Shown in pieces: positions 25,979-36,164 of a stretch of DNA of 58,675 nucleotides (positions are counted from its first letter, which is position 1; each line of letters opens with the position of its first letter). The stretch comes from Nanohaloarchaea archaeon B1-Br10_U2g1 (GTDB lineage Archaea; Nanohalarchaeota; Nanosalinia; Nanosalinales; Nanosalinaceae): assembly GCA_001563875.1 (NCBI GenBank), contig LKMN01000003.1, positions 1 through 58,675 of the forward strand. Reading direction: 5' to 3'. A program made the position numbers and the translations under genes. The notes beneath the pieces are model-generated. The model did not search any database. It worked only from the letters and a program-made list of their open reading frames with translations, and was not told the DNA's origin.

Positions 25979-28504
25979 ATGGCAGAGACCGTTCAGAAAC
26001 AAGAGACAGAGACCTCTACTAAGATTAACAAGGTTACTTCTAAAGGATTCAAGTCCTTTCAACAAAAAACCGCTGTACCTTTCTTCGAAGGACTTACAGC
26101 GATCGTAGGCGAGAATGGCAACGGTAAAAGCAATATTCTTGACGCCATGAGCTTTGTGTTCGGTCGTAGAAGCTCTAAGATCAGGGCCGAGAAGATGACA
26201 CAGCTTATCTTTAACGGTGGAGAGAACCGTAAAGCCGCCGACTACGCACATGTGACTATCTACCTAGACAACTCTAGCGGTATTTTCGACGAGTTTCTGG
26301 AAGAAGGTGAAGAAGCTGATGAGATAACCGTAGGCCGTAAGATTACGCGTGCAGGAAGCTCTATGTACAAGTTTCAAGGAACCAACTGTAAAAAATCGGT
26401 TATAGAGGATATTAAACGTAAGGCGAACATAGATCCTGACGGATACCACTTTGTAAGACAGGGAAAAGTAACAGAGATTGTTGAACAAAGCGATGTAGCG
26501 AGAAGGAAAGTGGTAGATGAGCTTTCAGGAGTATCGAAGTTTGATGAAAAAAAAGACGAGGCCGAAGAAGAGCTTGAAGAAGTGGAAACAAAACTTCAGG
26601 AGCAGGAAATACTTCTAGAAGAGAAGAGAGAATACCTGGAAAAATTAAAGGAGCAGAAAGAACTCGCATTAAAATATAGAGAACTTGAACAACGTAAAGA
26701 AAAGCTAGAAGCTTCAATACTTATAGTACGTAAAAGAGCCCTATCCAATCAGTTGGCAAATATCAATACTGATGTATCCGACAAAAGAGAGCGTATAGAA
26801 GAGCTTGAAGAAGAGCTAGAGGAGTTGGATGAAGAAATAGACCGGAAACAGGACAGAATTGACGAGATCGATGAACAGCAGTCCTCCGGAATGACCGACG
26901 TACAGCATTTAGAAAACCGTATAGAGAAGAAAAAAGGTCAGATAGAGAACAAGAGGGACAAGGTAGAAGATCTTGAGGAGACCATCCAAGAGCTAGAAAA
27001 GATGCAGAACCGCCGGAACACAGGCTCTAGAGCGGTTGACGCCGTTCTATCCATGAACAACAGTAAGATTTTAGGAGCGTTCCAAGACCTTATATCTGCG
27101 GACAACCGTTACGCGGTAGCCATAGAGACTGCTGCAGGAGGACATATGAAAGACGTTGTTGTTGAAGATAAGGATACTGCTTTAGATGCTATAAACTACT
27201 TAAAGAGAGAAAGTATAGGCAGAGCGCGGATGCTACCTTTGGACAAGATAAGCACTCGGTCAAAAAGCGCTAAGTCACAAATGGCTAAGAAGAAGAAAGG
27301 CGTAATAGGATATGCCTCAGAAATAGTCAACTACGATCAGAAGTACGCAAAAGCAGTTAACCACGTCTTTTCAGATACATTGATTGCAGAAGACCTTGAG
27401 TCAGTTAAAAATATCGATGGTATCCGTGTCGTGACACTTGATGGAGACGTTATGTCCCGTGGAGGAGCTATGAGCGGAGGTAAGAAAAAAAGGCGTAGAG
27501 GGAAAAACAAAAAGCTCTCTCAAAGCCTTGACCCTGAGAAAAAGAAGGAGGAGAAGAAGGAAGTTGAGAAAGAGATAGAGAAACTTCAGAAAGATATCGC
27601 CGAACTAAAACAGATGAAGGAAAGGAAGGAAGGTGAACAGGAAACAGACGAAGACCTGGTTGAAGAGAAAAAACAGATAAGAAAGGACCTGAGGTCTCTG
27701 AGAGACAAAAGACAAGACCTTTACTCAGAAAAACAGAGGATGAAAACCAAAGTTGACGACGTCGGCGGGAAGAAGGCACGGCTCAAAGCAGAACTAAGTA
27801 ACACAGAAGACGATTTAGAAGACTATGACTACAACGAAGATGAACTACCAGGACTAGACTCGTCTCCTGAAGACCTCAAGAAGAAAAAGAAGAAGCTACT
27901 ACGCAAACAGAACTCAATGGGGCCCGTAAACATGAGAGCCATAGACGAGTATAAACAGCAGAAAGAAGAGTTCGATGAGTTTAATGATAAGATCTCGCAA
28001 ATCAGACAGGAGAAACTCGAAATTGAAGACATGATTAACGAAATTGAAAAGAAGAAACGATCCTGCTTCATGGAAACCCTGAAACAGCTGCAGGAAAGTT
28101 TTTCCCGTATATTTACGCAACTGTTCGACGGAGGTAATGCCGAACTAGTTCTAGAAGACGATGATATAGAAAAAGGATTGAAAATAAGGGCAGCCCCTCC
28201 AAAGAAAGATCCTCATATAATACAAGCCTTATCAGGCGGAGAAAAAACCCTAACAGCAATTGCTTTTGTATTCGCAATCTTAGAATATGAAGAAAGTCCT
28301 TTCTACATAATGGACGAGATAGATGCTGCGTTAGACAAGAAAAACTCAAAGAAGCTTTCAGAGCTGCTGAAAGACTATGCCGATGACAACCAGTTCATAG
28401 TTATCAGCCACAACGAGATAACGGTTAGACATGCTGAAAGAGCCTACGGAGTATCTATGAAAGAAGGTGTATCTCGTATGAGAAGTATAGAACTAGATGC
28501 TTAA
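25979..28504 (+). CDS. smc: SMC ATPase with short coiled-coil arms
   Basis: GFKSF, Walker A GENGNGKSN, hinge ending GGAMSGG, PVN, LSGGEK, Walker B IMDEIDAALD. Confidence 0.93.
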   Translation: MAETVQKQETETSTKINKVTSKGFKSFQQKTAVPFFEGLTAIVGENGNGKSNILDAMSFVFGRRSSKIRAEKMTQLIFNGGENRKAADYAHVTIYLDNSSGIFDEFLEEGEEADEITVGRKITRAGSSMYKFQGTNCKKSVIEDIKRKANIDPDGYHFVRQGKVTEIVEQSDVARRKVVDELSGVSKFDEKKDEAEEELEEVETKLQEQEILLEEKREYLEKLKEQKELALKYRELEQRKEKLEASILIVRKRALSNQLANINTDVSDKRERIEELEEELEELDEEIDRKQDRIDEIDEQQSSGMTDVQHLENRIEKKKGQIENKRDKVEDLEETIQELEKMQNRRNTGSRAVDAVLSMNNSKILGAFQDLISADNRYAVAIETAAGGHMKDVVVEDKDTALDAINYLKRESIGRARMLPLDKISTRSKSAKSQMAKKKKGVIGYASEIVNYDQKYAKAVNHVFSDTLIAEDLESVKNIDGIRVVTLDGDVMSRGGAMSGGKKKRRRGKNKKLSQSLDPEKKKEEKKEVEKEIEKLQKDIAELKQMKERKEGEQETDEDLVEEKKQIRKDLRSLRDKRQDLYSEKQRMKTKVDDVGGKKARLKAELSNTEDDLEDYDYNEDELPGLDSSPEDLKKKKKKLLRKQNSMGPVNMRAIDEYKQQKEEFDEFNDKISQIRQEKLEIEDMINEIEKKKRSCFMETLKQLQESFSRIFTQLFDGGNAELVLEDDDIEKGLKIRAAPPKKDPHIIQALSGGEKTLTAIAFVFAILEYEESPFYIMDEIDAALDKKNSKKLSELLKDYADDNQFIVISHNEITVRHAERAYGVSMKEGVSRMRSIELDA

Positions 28505-28606
28505 ACCGCAATATTAGGGCAGAAAACCCCTTAACGTTAAATATTGGCCTTCTTAACTTTTCAACATTAGAGGGGTTAAGAAGAGGGAGACTTAAGAGAT
28601 GAGAGA

Positions 28607-29329
28607 ATGGACAATTACGAGATTGATGAATTAGCGGAGCAGCCTTGGGAAGAGACCTTAGAAGTCTTAACTGCAGACATGGATCCTCATAGTATCGATA
28701 TCTGCCTTCTTACAGAAAGATACCGTGAATACATACAAGAACTTCAAGACTTCAACCTAGAAGTACCTGCCAGAGCTGTTAGACTGTGCTCAGCTCTTCT
28801 AAGAATAAAGACTCTCGCACTTACGGGAGAGCAGGTGATTGAAGAGGAAGAGCCAGAAAATCCTATGGACTTTGAGGAACAGGAAATTATAGAAGAGGAG
28901 TTCGTGGACGACGACCCAGATTTAGAGGCTGGTCCCGATCTAGAGATACCTGTAAAACCCCGTCCCCGAAGAAGAATGAGTCTAAAAGAGCTTAAAGAAG
29001 CACTGAATGATGCGCTTGAGGTTAAAGAAAGACGTGAAGAACGTCAAGAGCTTAGAGAGCAGATAGAAGATCCTGTTGATATAGATGAGAAGAGTTTAGA
29101 AGAAAAAGTCAACTCGCTATTCTCTAAAGTAACATCGCTTGTCACATCGAAAAGCAGAGAAAAAATATCTTTCAACAGCCTTATTGAAGAAAACGACAGC
29201 GAAGAGAAGATAGAGAAATTTCTGCACGTTCTCCACCTTGAAAACGAGGAGAAGGTACAGTGTATACAAGACGAATGGTTAGGAGAGCTTGAAGTCAAGC
29301 CTGAAAAAGAGTCGGAAATACCTAATTAA
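28607..29329 (+). CDS. scpA: Kleisin ScpA
   Basis: MDP..IDI..LT..Y, LLRIK, C-terminal FL.VLHL...V...Q; follows smc. Confidence 0.88.
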   Translation: MDNYEIDELAEQPWEETLEVLTADMDPHSIDICLLTERYREYIQELQDFNLEVPARAVRLCSALLRIKTLALTGEQVIEEEEPENPMDFEEQEIIEEEFVDDDPDLEAGPDLEIPVKPRPRRRMSLKELKEALNDALEVKERREERQELREQIEDPVDIDEKSLEEKVNSLFSKVTSLVTSKSREKISFNSLIEENDSEEKIEKFLHVLHLENEEKVQCIQDEWLGELEVKPEKESEIPN

Positions 29330-29379
29330 ACTCATCATCAGATCCATCTTTTTCAATACAGAGATTCTAAACACTTGAT

Positions 29380-29916
29380 ATGGAGGAGAAAAAGTCACGT
29401 CTTGAGGCAGCATTTTTTCTGAGCGAAGAACCTCTAGACAATGAAGAAATTGCAGACATACTTGACCTTGGAAGTATAGGATACGTAGACATGCTTATAG
29501 AAGAGTTTCAGGATGATCTAAAGTCAGAAGAACGAGGACTGGAACTTGTTAAGACTCCTGAAGGATATGAGCTAAAGGTGAAAAAAACCCATCTAGAACA
29601 CGTCTCACATCTAGCACCGCACCAAGATCTCAACCAGGGAGAGCTCAGGACACTTTCCTTGATAGCATACAACTCTCCGGTCGAACAGGCAGATATCATC
29701 GATATAAGAGGGAACAGGGCTTACCAACACGTTAAAGAACTGGTTAAAAGAGGCTTCCTGTCAAAAGAGAAAGATGGAAGGACAGCTATACTTGAGGTCA
29801 CAGACCATTTCCTAGACTACTTCGAGATTGATGATGTAGACGAGTTCAAGAGACAGTACGACAACCAGCAAGCAGGAAGAGATTCTGCACAAGACGGTAT
29901 AGATGCCTTCAAATGA
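29380..29916 (+). CDS. scpB: Kite protein ScpB
   Basis: LEAAFFLS.EPL, LRTLSLIAY..PV.Q, IRG, T..FL.YF. Confidence 0.9.
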   Translation: MEEKKSRLEAAFFLSEEPLDNEEIADILDLGSIGYVDMLIEEFQDDLKSEERGLELVKTPEGYELKVKKTHLEHVSHLAPHQDLNQGELRTLSLIAYNSPVEQADIIDIRGNRAYQHVKELVKRGFLSKEKDGRTAILEVTDHFLDYFEIDDVDEFKRQYDNQQAGRDSAQDGIDAFK

Positions 29917-29956
29917 AGGACATGGCTTTTTGTAACTCACCTATCCAACAGACCCT

Positions 29957-31852
29957 ATGGAGCTAACCAGTCTGGACCTCTCACTTCTAATGGACGACTT
30001 CAAGGAGCTTGAAGAAGGCCATGTACAGAAAGTTTATCAGAGAAAAGACGAACTAACTATAGAGGTCTATGTCGGCGGAGAAGGAAAGAAAAGGATTATC
30101 ATAGGACCTAATTACGCCTTTCTATCTAAATATAAACGAGATAACCCTACAAGACCGCCAGGTTTCGCTATGGAGCTTAGGAAACACTTAGGAAAAGTAA
30201 ATTCTATAAAACAGAGAGGTTTCGACCGTATACTTGAGATAGAAAGCGGAGACACTCGACTCGTATGCGAAATTTTCGGAAGAGGAAACTTCATACTCCT
30301 AAAGGACGACAAGATAATCGGAGCTCTAAGAGAGGAAGAATGGGCCGACCGCACCATAAGAGTCGGCGAGAAATACGTTTATCCTGATCCAACACACGAT
30401 CCACGTGACGGAAAGGATTACACCAACACTTTAAGCAGCGGAGAAGTAGTAAGAAGTATAGCTTCCGATCTAAGTCTTGGAGGGACCTATGCCGAAGAAA
30501 TATGTGAACGCACCGAAGTAGACAAACACACAAAGCTAGAAAACCTCTCAGAAGCCGAAAGAGAAAAGTTGAACCAGGAGATAAATGAAATGGTTGAAGG
30601 AAGCTTGTCTCCACGCATATACCTAGAAGAAAAAGACCCTGTAAGAGCTTCGCCATTTAAACTAGAGACGTATACTCAATACAGCGAAAAAGAAACAGAA
30701 AGCTTCTCAGAAGCACTGGACAGCTACTTCTATATTAAAGAGAAAAGAAAAGAGGAGAAAAAAGTAAACGAAGCATACAGAGAAAGAAAAGAAGGTCTAG
30801 AAAGACAGTTAGAACAACAGAATAGAAAGATACAGGGACTTGAAAAATCCTCAGAACAGAACCGAGAGACCGCCGAAAAGATATACACCAACTACCAAGA
30901 ACTCTCAGAAATCAAAAAACTAATAGAAGATGCCTTAGAAAACCATGGCTGGAAAGAAACAGAGAAAAAGATCAGAGAATCTGAAACAGAGCTAGCAGAA
31001 CGTGTAAAAGGTTTCAACGAGCAAGAGGAGTTCTTCACCATCTCTCTAAAAGACCAGACAGTAAAACTGAAGCCAGAAGAAAACCTTGAAGCGGCAGCAT
31101 CCCGATACTACGACAAAGCCAAAGACTCAGAATCAAAGATAGAGAAAGTAAAGAAGGCCAGAGAAGAGACTCAGAGAGATCTCGACAACCTTGAAAAAGA
31201 AGAGATAGAGCTCGAAGACGTTTTAGAAGACAAATCCGATAAACGTGAGAAGAAATGGTTCGAGAAATACCGCTGGTTTAAGTCCTCAGAAGGATTTCTG
31301 GTATTATGTGGTAGAGATTCCCAGACAAACGATATGCTTGTGAAAAAGCATATGGAGAACAATGACCTCTACTTCCATGCAGACTTCGACGGCGCACCCA
31401 GCGTTGTTGTAAAGGAAGGTCAAGAGGCAGGAGAGGAAACACTTCAAGAGGCAGCGAAGGCAGCAGTAACCTTTACGAAAACATGGAAAGCAGGTATCGG
31501 CTCCGATAACGTTTACTACGTTGAGCCCGACCAGGTTTCACAAGATCCGGAGCCCGGAGAGTATCTGCCGAAAGGCGCTTTCATAGTACGCGGAGACAGA
31601 AACTATATACGTAATGTTAAAGTGGAAGCGGCCGTAGGAACTCATGAAATTGAGGAAGATGTCTATATCCCAATCTGCGGACCCGTAAGCTCTATTGAAG
31701 AGAACTGTAACGATTACGTAGAGCTGGAGCCGGGAAGAAAAAAGAAGTCAGAGATCGCAAAGGAGATAAATTCAAGATTTAAAGACTATGATCTAGATCT
31801 CGACTACATAATACGTGTTCTGCCTCCCGGCAAATCAAGTATAAAGTCCTAG
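29957..31852 (+). CDS. rqcH: Ribosome quality-control factor Rqc2/NEMF (NFACT)
   Basis: F.M.LRKHL, Q..FDRI, GN.IL, WFEKYRWF.SS.G, GRD..N, GEYLPKGAF.VRG. Confidence 0.92.
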   Translation: MELTSLDLSLLMDDFKELEEGHVQKVYQRKDELTIEVYVGGEGKKRIIIGPNYAFLSKYKRDNPTRPPGFAMELRKHLGKVNSIKQRGFDRILEIESGDTRLVCEIFGRGNFILLKDDKIIGALREEEWADRTIRVGEKYVYPDPTHDPRDGKDYTNTLSSGEVVRSIASDLSLGGTYAEEICERTEVDKHTKLENLSEAEREKLNQEINEMVEGSLSPRIYLEEKDPVRASPFKLETYTQYSEKETESFSEALDSYFYIKEKRKEEKKVNEAYRERKEGLERQLEQQNRKIQGLEKSSEQNRETAEKIYTNYQELSEIKKLIEDALENHGWKETEKKIRESETELAERVKGFNEQEEFFTISLKDQTVKLKPEENLEAAASRYYDKAKDSESKIEKVKKAREETQRDLDNLEKEEIELEDVLEDKSDKREKKWFEKYRWFKSSEGFLVLCGRDSQTNDMLVKKHMENNDLYFHADFDGAPSVVVKEGQEAGEETLQEAAKAAVTFTKTWKAGIGSDNVYYVEPDQVSQDPEPGEYLPKGAFIVRGDRNYIRNVKVEAAVGTHEIEEDVYIPICGPVSSIEENCNDYVELEPGRKKKSEIAKEINSRFKDYDLDLDYIIRVLPPGKSSIKS

Positions 31853-32787
31853 ATTTCTCTTCTCTCTTCAAGCTCTTCTAAGAGCCCTAGCTCTTCTGCA
31901 AACTCTCTATAACCCTTCCTTATAGTAACTTCTGTAACCCCTACTGCTTCCGCAATCTCTTTCTGAGAACGTTTTTCGTCTTCAAGTACAGCTGAGATAT
32001 ACAGCGAGGATGCTACAACTCCTTCAGGACTTCTACCAGCCATAAGACTTTTTTCTCGTATCTGCTTTATTATCCTATGTGCTCTACCTCTTACTGTGCC
32101 TGAAAGATCGAGATAAGACGCGAAACGAGGTAGAAAGTCTTCAGGTCTTGCAGGAATAACTCTTTTATCAAGTTCTCTAGCTAAGTAACGGTAGTTTCTA
32201 CCCACTTCCGTTCTTTCTATCTCGGCAGCATCAGATATTTCGTCTAACGTCCTTGGTATGTTCTGCATTCTGCATACTAGGAATACCGAGGCAGCCACGA
32301 TATCTTCAACCCGTCTTCCTTTGACTACTTCTTTTTCCCAAGCTTTTTCATAGAGTCTAGCAGCCTCTTCATGCACTTTTGAAGGCAGTTTCAGATCGTC
32401 TATAATTCTCTGCATCTCTGAAAGCGCTAGCCTCATGTTTCGAGGTTTTGAGCCGGAAAGACGTCTATCCCATTTCTTCATGCGGTGGTAACGCCCTCTC
32501 TTGTCCGCAGACATCTTATCCATATTCTTTGTTCCTATACGTGTCACTATACCTCTATGATGTTTGGTATATGTTATAGGAGAGCCGGTACGTTTTTTTC
32601 GCTGTCTTTCTTCGAAATTAAAGGCTCTTCTGGAGGCAGATTGCTCCACTAAGTCTTCTTCTATAACACCTCCACACTGATTACATACTAGTTCACCAGT
32701 GTTGCTGTTCTCTAAAATATTTTGTGAACTGCAGAATGTGCAGCGACGTTTTTCAACAGTTTCAGGACTCTTTAACTTGTTCTCCAT
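31849..32787 (-). CDS. tfb: Transcription initiation factor IIB
   Basis: Zn ribbon CxxC..GELVCxxCG, two cyclin repeats, PRTLDEI, VTEVTIR. Confidence 0.95.
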   Translation of the reverse strand: MENKLKSPETVEKRRCTFCSSQNILENSNTGELVCNQCGGVIEEDLVEQSASRRAFNFEERQRKKRTGSPITYTKHHRGIVTRIGTKNMDKMSADKRGRYHRMKKWDRRLSGSKPRNMRLALSEMQRIIDDLKLPSKVHEEAARLYEKAWEKEVVKGRRVEDIVAASVFLVCRMQNIPRTLDEISDAAEIERTEVGRNYRYLARELDKRVIPARPEDFLPRFASYLDLSGTVRGRAHRIIKQIREKSLMAGRSPEGVVASSLYISAVLEDEKRSQKEIAEAVGVTEVTIRKGYREFAEELGLLEELEERREI

Positions 32788-32970
32788 AGAAAAATCCCCT
32801 CCCAGATTTTAAAGCTTCTCTCTCACCATTGAAAACCTTTCATGCAGTCGAACAGATTATATCCATCATATACCTTGAAGCCGGTTCTTCTACCGCCTTT
32901 TCATATCTGTTCTATTCTATCCGAACAAAGCTACTAGGTTATAAAAGAAAACTAGGTTTAAAGAGTTTAT

Positions 32971-34077
32971 ATGGTTAAGAGAAAGCATATCCTCCCTCTA
33001 ATTATTCTGCTACTAGCCTCCACATCACTAGCAGGAAACATGGAAAAGACCAACATCACACTCCAGATGGAGGAAGAAGTAGAGGTAGGAGAGTACGTTA
33101 TAGAATACTATCAAGCCTCTCATGTCGACAACGAACAACGCCTGAAAATAGGTTACGATACCGGCACCACCCTTCAAGTGCTTGAAAATCTGAGAGGTGA
33201 GAATCTGTTTGAAATGGAGGGCGAAACCCTGAATGTATCGGAAGAGATAGGTATCAAGATCAACGAGCTAGGCAACTCAAGAGACGGCCTTTATATCGAT
33301 CTAAACGTAAGATCTGAGGAAGATGTTCTCAGCTCTGCACAGATGGAACTAGACACACCTTCAAGCATAAATGTCGGACAGGGAGAAGACACAACGATAC
33401 CTATAAAGCTATCAAACAACGGTTTAACAAATCAGACCTTCCAGCTTAACGCATCAGAATCCGATACAGTACAAACAGTATTTAGAAACGATGGCTTTAC
33501 AGTATCAGAAGTATTTGTAGAGGCAGGAGAGACCGAAACGGTAGATGCGGATATAAGTATCTCTCAACAGGCCGAACCGGAAACCCGTATAATGGAGTTC
33601 CAGGCAGAAAACATTTCATCTCTAACAGAGACAGTTAATATAGAGGTTGACGGCGCAGAGCGCCACGAAAGCATGAACCTTAACATAGGAGACCGTTTCA
33701 TAAGAGCAGAACCCGGAGAAACAATAGCAACAAGCCTAAGAGTAAGAAATAACGGAGAAGTGACACTGAACAATGTAGAGATAGATATTGAAGGACCTGA
33801 AGACTGGGAGCCAGATATGCAGCCAGAAGGTGTAGACACGATAGGGCCTTTCGAATCAGAAAATATCGATATAGATATAGATCTCCCGGCCAACGCAGAT
33901 ATAGGAGATGAATTTGTAGAAATCTCAGCCACCTCTGATGAATACACCCCTGAAGAAGCTGAGGAAGTGAGAATTAATGTTACAGAAGAAAGCAATATGA
34001 GCATAGTCGGGCTAGCCCTAATGGCTTTCAGTCTAATAATGCTTCTAGCTGTCTACAGAAAGTTTGGCCGGAGGTAA
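32971..34077 (+). CDS. Secreted, C-terminally anchored Ig-like (NEW3/CARDB-like) protein
   Basis: Signal peptide, V.N.G...L.NV and P.DW motifs, TM plus KFGRR tail; precedes ABC genes. Confidence 0.75.
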   Translation: MVKRKHILPLIILLLASTSLAGNMEKTNITLQMEEEVEVGEYVIEYYQASHVDNEQRLKIGYDTGTTLQVLENLRGENLFEMEGETLNVSEEIGIKINELGNSRDGLYIDLNVRSEEDVLSSAQMELDTPSSINVGQGEDTTIPIKLSNNGLTNQTFQLNASESDTVQTVFRNDGFTVSEVFVEAGETETVDADISISQQAEPETRIMEFQAENISSLTETVNIEVDGAERHESMNLNIGDRFIRAEPGETIATSLRVRNNGEVTLNNVEIDIEGPEDWEPDMQPEGVDTIGPFESENIDIDIDLPANADIGDEFVEISATSDEYTPEEAEEVRINVTEESNMSIVGLALMAFSLIMLLAVYRKFGRR

Positions 34078-34083
34078 AACTTA

Positions 34084-34980
34084 ATGACAGTTATAGAACT
34101 TGAAGGAGTAGAAAAAAGTTATGGAGATCTCAAAGTCTTGAAAGGAATCGATCTGGAAGTTGGGAGCGGAGAAATATTCGGAATACTCGGACCTAATGGA
34201 GTAGGGAAAACAACACTTTTCCAGACCATTATAGGGCTTTTAAAACAGGACTCGGGAAAAATAAAGATAAACGGCGAACTAAATGACCACAGCAAGGAAC
34301 TGAAGAGGAAGATAGGTTATCTGCCCTCCGATGTAAGTTTCTACGAAGACCGTTCCGCTAGAAAAAATCTGGAGTTTTTCTCTGATTTAGCGGATACAGA
34401 TCCCGATATTGACAGCCTTCTAGAAATGGCAGGTCTTGAAAACGATGCCTCAAGGAAGGTAGGAGAGTTCTCAACAGGTATGAAGAAAAGATTAGGTATC
34501 GCCCAGTCGCTGATAAAGGATCCTGAAATCATAATCTACGATGAACCTACGACAGGTTTAGATCCCGAAGGGAAAAAGGAGTTCAAAGACCTAGTGAGAA
34601 AAATTAACAGTGAAGGAGAAAAAACTATTGTAATCTCTTCACATATAACTACAGAGATAGATTCTCTCTGCGACAGATTCGCCATACTAAAGGACGGCAA
34701 AGTTGTTGCGAGCGGAACTAAAGAAGAGCTAGGTGATATATCGGATACCGATTACAGAATACTAATTGAAACCAGAGAACCAGAAAAAGTTGAAGAAATT
34801 CTAGAAGAAGATAAAAGAGACTTTGAGAGAAACAAAGACCGTCTCACCGTAAGGACCCGGGAAGATATACGCAACCAGCTTTTCCAAAAGTTTACAGAAG
34901 AAGAGATTGATATAAAGAAAATCGAGCTAAAAGAGGAAACCCTCGAAACAACATATCTAAGACTTACAAGTGGTAACTGA
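34084..34980 (+). CDS. ABC transporter ATP-binding protein
   Basis: GPNGVGKTT, FSTGMKKRL, DEPTTGLDP, SSH. Confidence 0.95.
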   Translation: MTVIELEGVEKSYGDLKVLKGIDLEVGSGEIFGILGPNGVGKTTLFQTIIGLLKQDSGKIKINGELNDHSKELKRKIGYLPSDVSFYEDRSARKNLEFFSDLADTDPDIDSLLEMAGLENDASRKVGEFSTGMKKRLGIAQSLIKDPEIIIYDEPTTGLDPEGKKEFKDLVRKINSEGEKTIVISSHITTEIDSLCDRFAILKDGKVVASGTKEELGDISDTDYRILIETREPEKVEEILEEDKRDFERNKDRLTVRTREDIRNQLFQKFTEEEIDIKKIELKEETLETTYLRLTSGN

Positions 34981-35972
34981 TGGGATCTAAATGGGATATA
35001 GGTCGGAAACAGCTTGAAGACACCTTTTCCAGCAAAAAGTTTCTGCTAATCTTCGGTCTATTCCTACTCCTATCACTTGGATCCGTACATATAGGTGTTG
35101 GAGAGTACGAGGACGAAATGGAAAGATACGAGTCAGGAGACACAGGTATAGGAAACCAGGTCCCTGAACCACCCTCACTAGTCGAAACCTTTCAGCTTAT
35201 GGTAGGTTTCAATCTTCCTCTAGCCGCCGCGATATTGGCCCTACTTTTAAGCTATAATTCGATATCCAAAGAAAGAGAAGAGGGCACTATCGAACTTCTT
35301 TTATCCTATCCTGTATATAGAGATGAAGTTATTAATGGGAAATTTTTATCAGGACTATTCACAGTCGCAATCGCGCTACTCGTTGCATTCATCGCTTCTT
35401 CAGGATATGCAGTTTACAGGACCGGTGTAGCTCCCAACTTAACCGAGGTAGCAAGAATAGGCTACATGTGGTTAGGTAGTGTAGTATACATGGCTTTCTT
35501 CTACGGACTAGGAATCTTTCTTTCTACAGTGTTCCGATCAAGCAGAAGAGCGCTCATAACAGGGATGATAATTCTAGGTATTTTCCTTGCAACACCTTTC
35601 ATCGCCGGAATAGCCTCTGATTATATCTACCCTTACGAAGACGAACCTCAACCACGTGAAGAAGTCGAGTTTGTGGAAGGAGGGGCGACAACAGAAGTAG
35701 AAACATTTCCCGGAGAAACCTCAGATAGAACAGATAGAGCTGCCGTAAGAGCTGAGCGTGATCGCTTCGTGGACCAAGTATCTCGTTTCTCGCCTTCCAC
35801 CAGCTACACCAACTACATGGGAATAATAATAGGTAACGATTACGATACAGAGTTCCCGCCTACATTGGGAGAGAGCTTAGAACAGTCTTTTGGCTATATA
35901 GTATTTCTGTTTAGCCAGACTATGTTAGTGTTTGCAGCCTCATACGCCGTATTTATGAGACAGGACCTCTAG
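34980..35972 (+). CDS. ABC-2 family permease
   Basis: ISKEREEGTIELLLSYPV.R..V..GK, multiple TMs, F.RQDL end. Confidence 0.9.
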   Translation: MGSKWDIGRKQLEDTFSSKKFLLIFGLFLLLSLGSVHIGVGEYEDEMERYESGDTGIGNQVPEPPSLVETFQLMVGFNLPLAAAILALLLSYNSISKEREEGTIELLLSYPVYRDEVINGKFLSGLFTVAIALLVAFIASSGYAVYRTGVAPNLTEVARIGYMWLGSVVYMAFFYGLGIFLSTVFRSSRRALITGMIILGIFLATPFIAGIASDYIYPYEDEPQPREEVEFVEGGATTEVETFPGETSDRTDRAAVRAERDRFVDQVSRFSPSTSYTNYMGIIIGNDYDTEFPPTLGESLEQSFGYIVFLFSQTMLVFAASYAVFMRQDL

Positions 35973-36010
35973 ACAAGACTATATAGGTTTAATCGATGAA
36001 GAAATTGATA

Positions 36011-36083
36011 GGCGGGGTAGTGTAGCGGACTATCATCGTACCCCGGGGCGGTACGGACGGGGGTTCAAATCCTCCCCCTGCCA
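36011..36083 (+). tRNA. tRNA-Pro(GGG) with C33
   Basis: GGCGGGG/CCCTGCC acceptor, GTACC-CCGGGGC-GGTAC anticodon arm, GGGGG-TTCAAAT-CCTCC. Confidence 0.9.
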
Positions 36084-36164
36084 ACCCTAGTTCAGCTTAA
36101 CAACTAATTCTCTGTAATAATTCTTCTATTAACAGACAGCTGTTTTGTTTTTAGTGAGTGCTTA

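Noticed and set aside
29310-29360. CTGATGATGA on the minus strand as a second C/D RNA
   Set aside because: D' and C' abut with no loop, outer boxes are poor, and it overlaps the scpA end.
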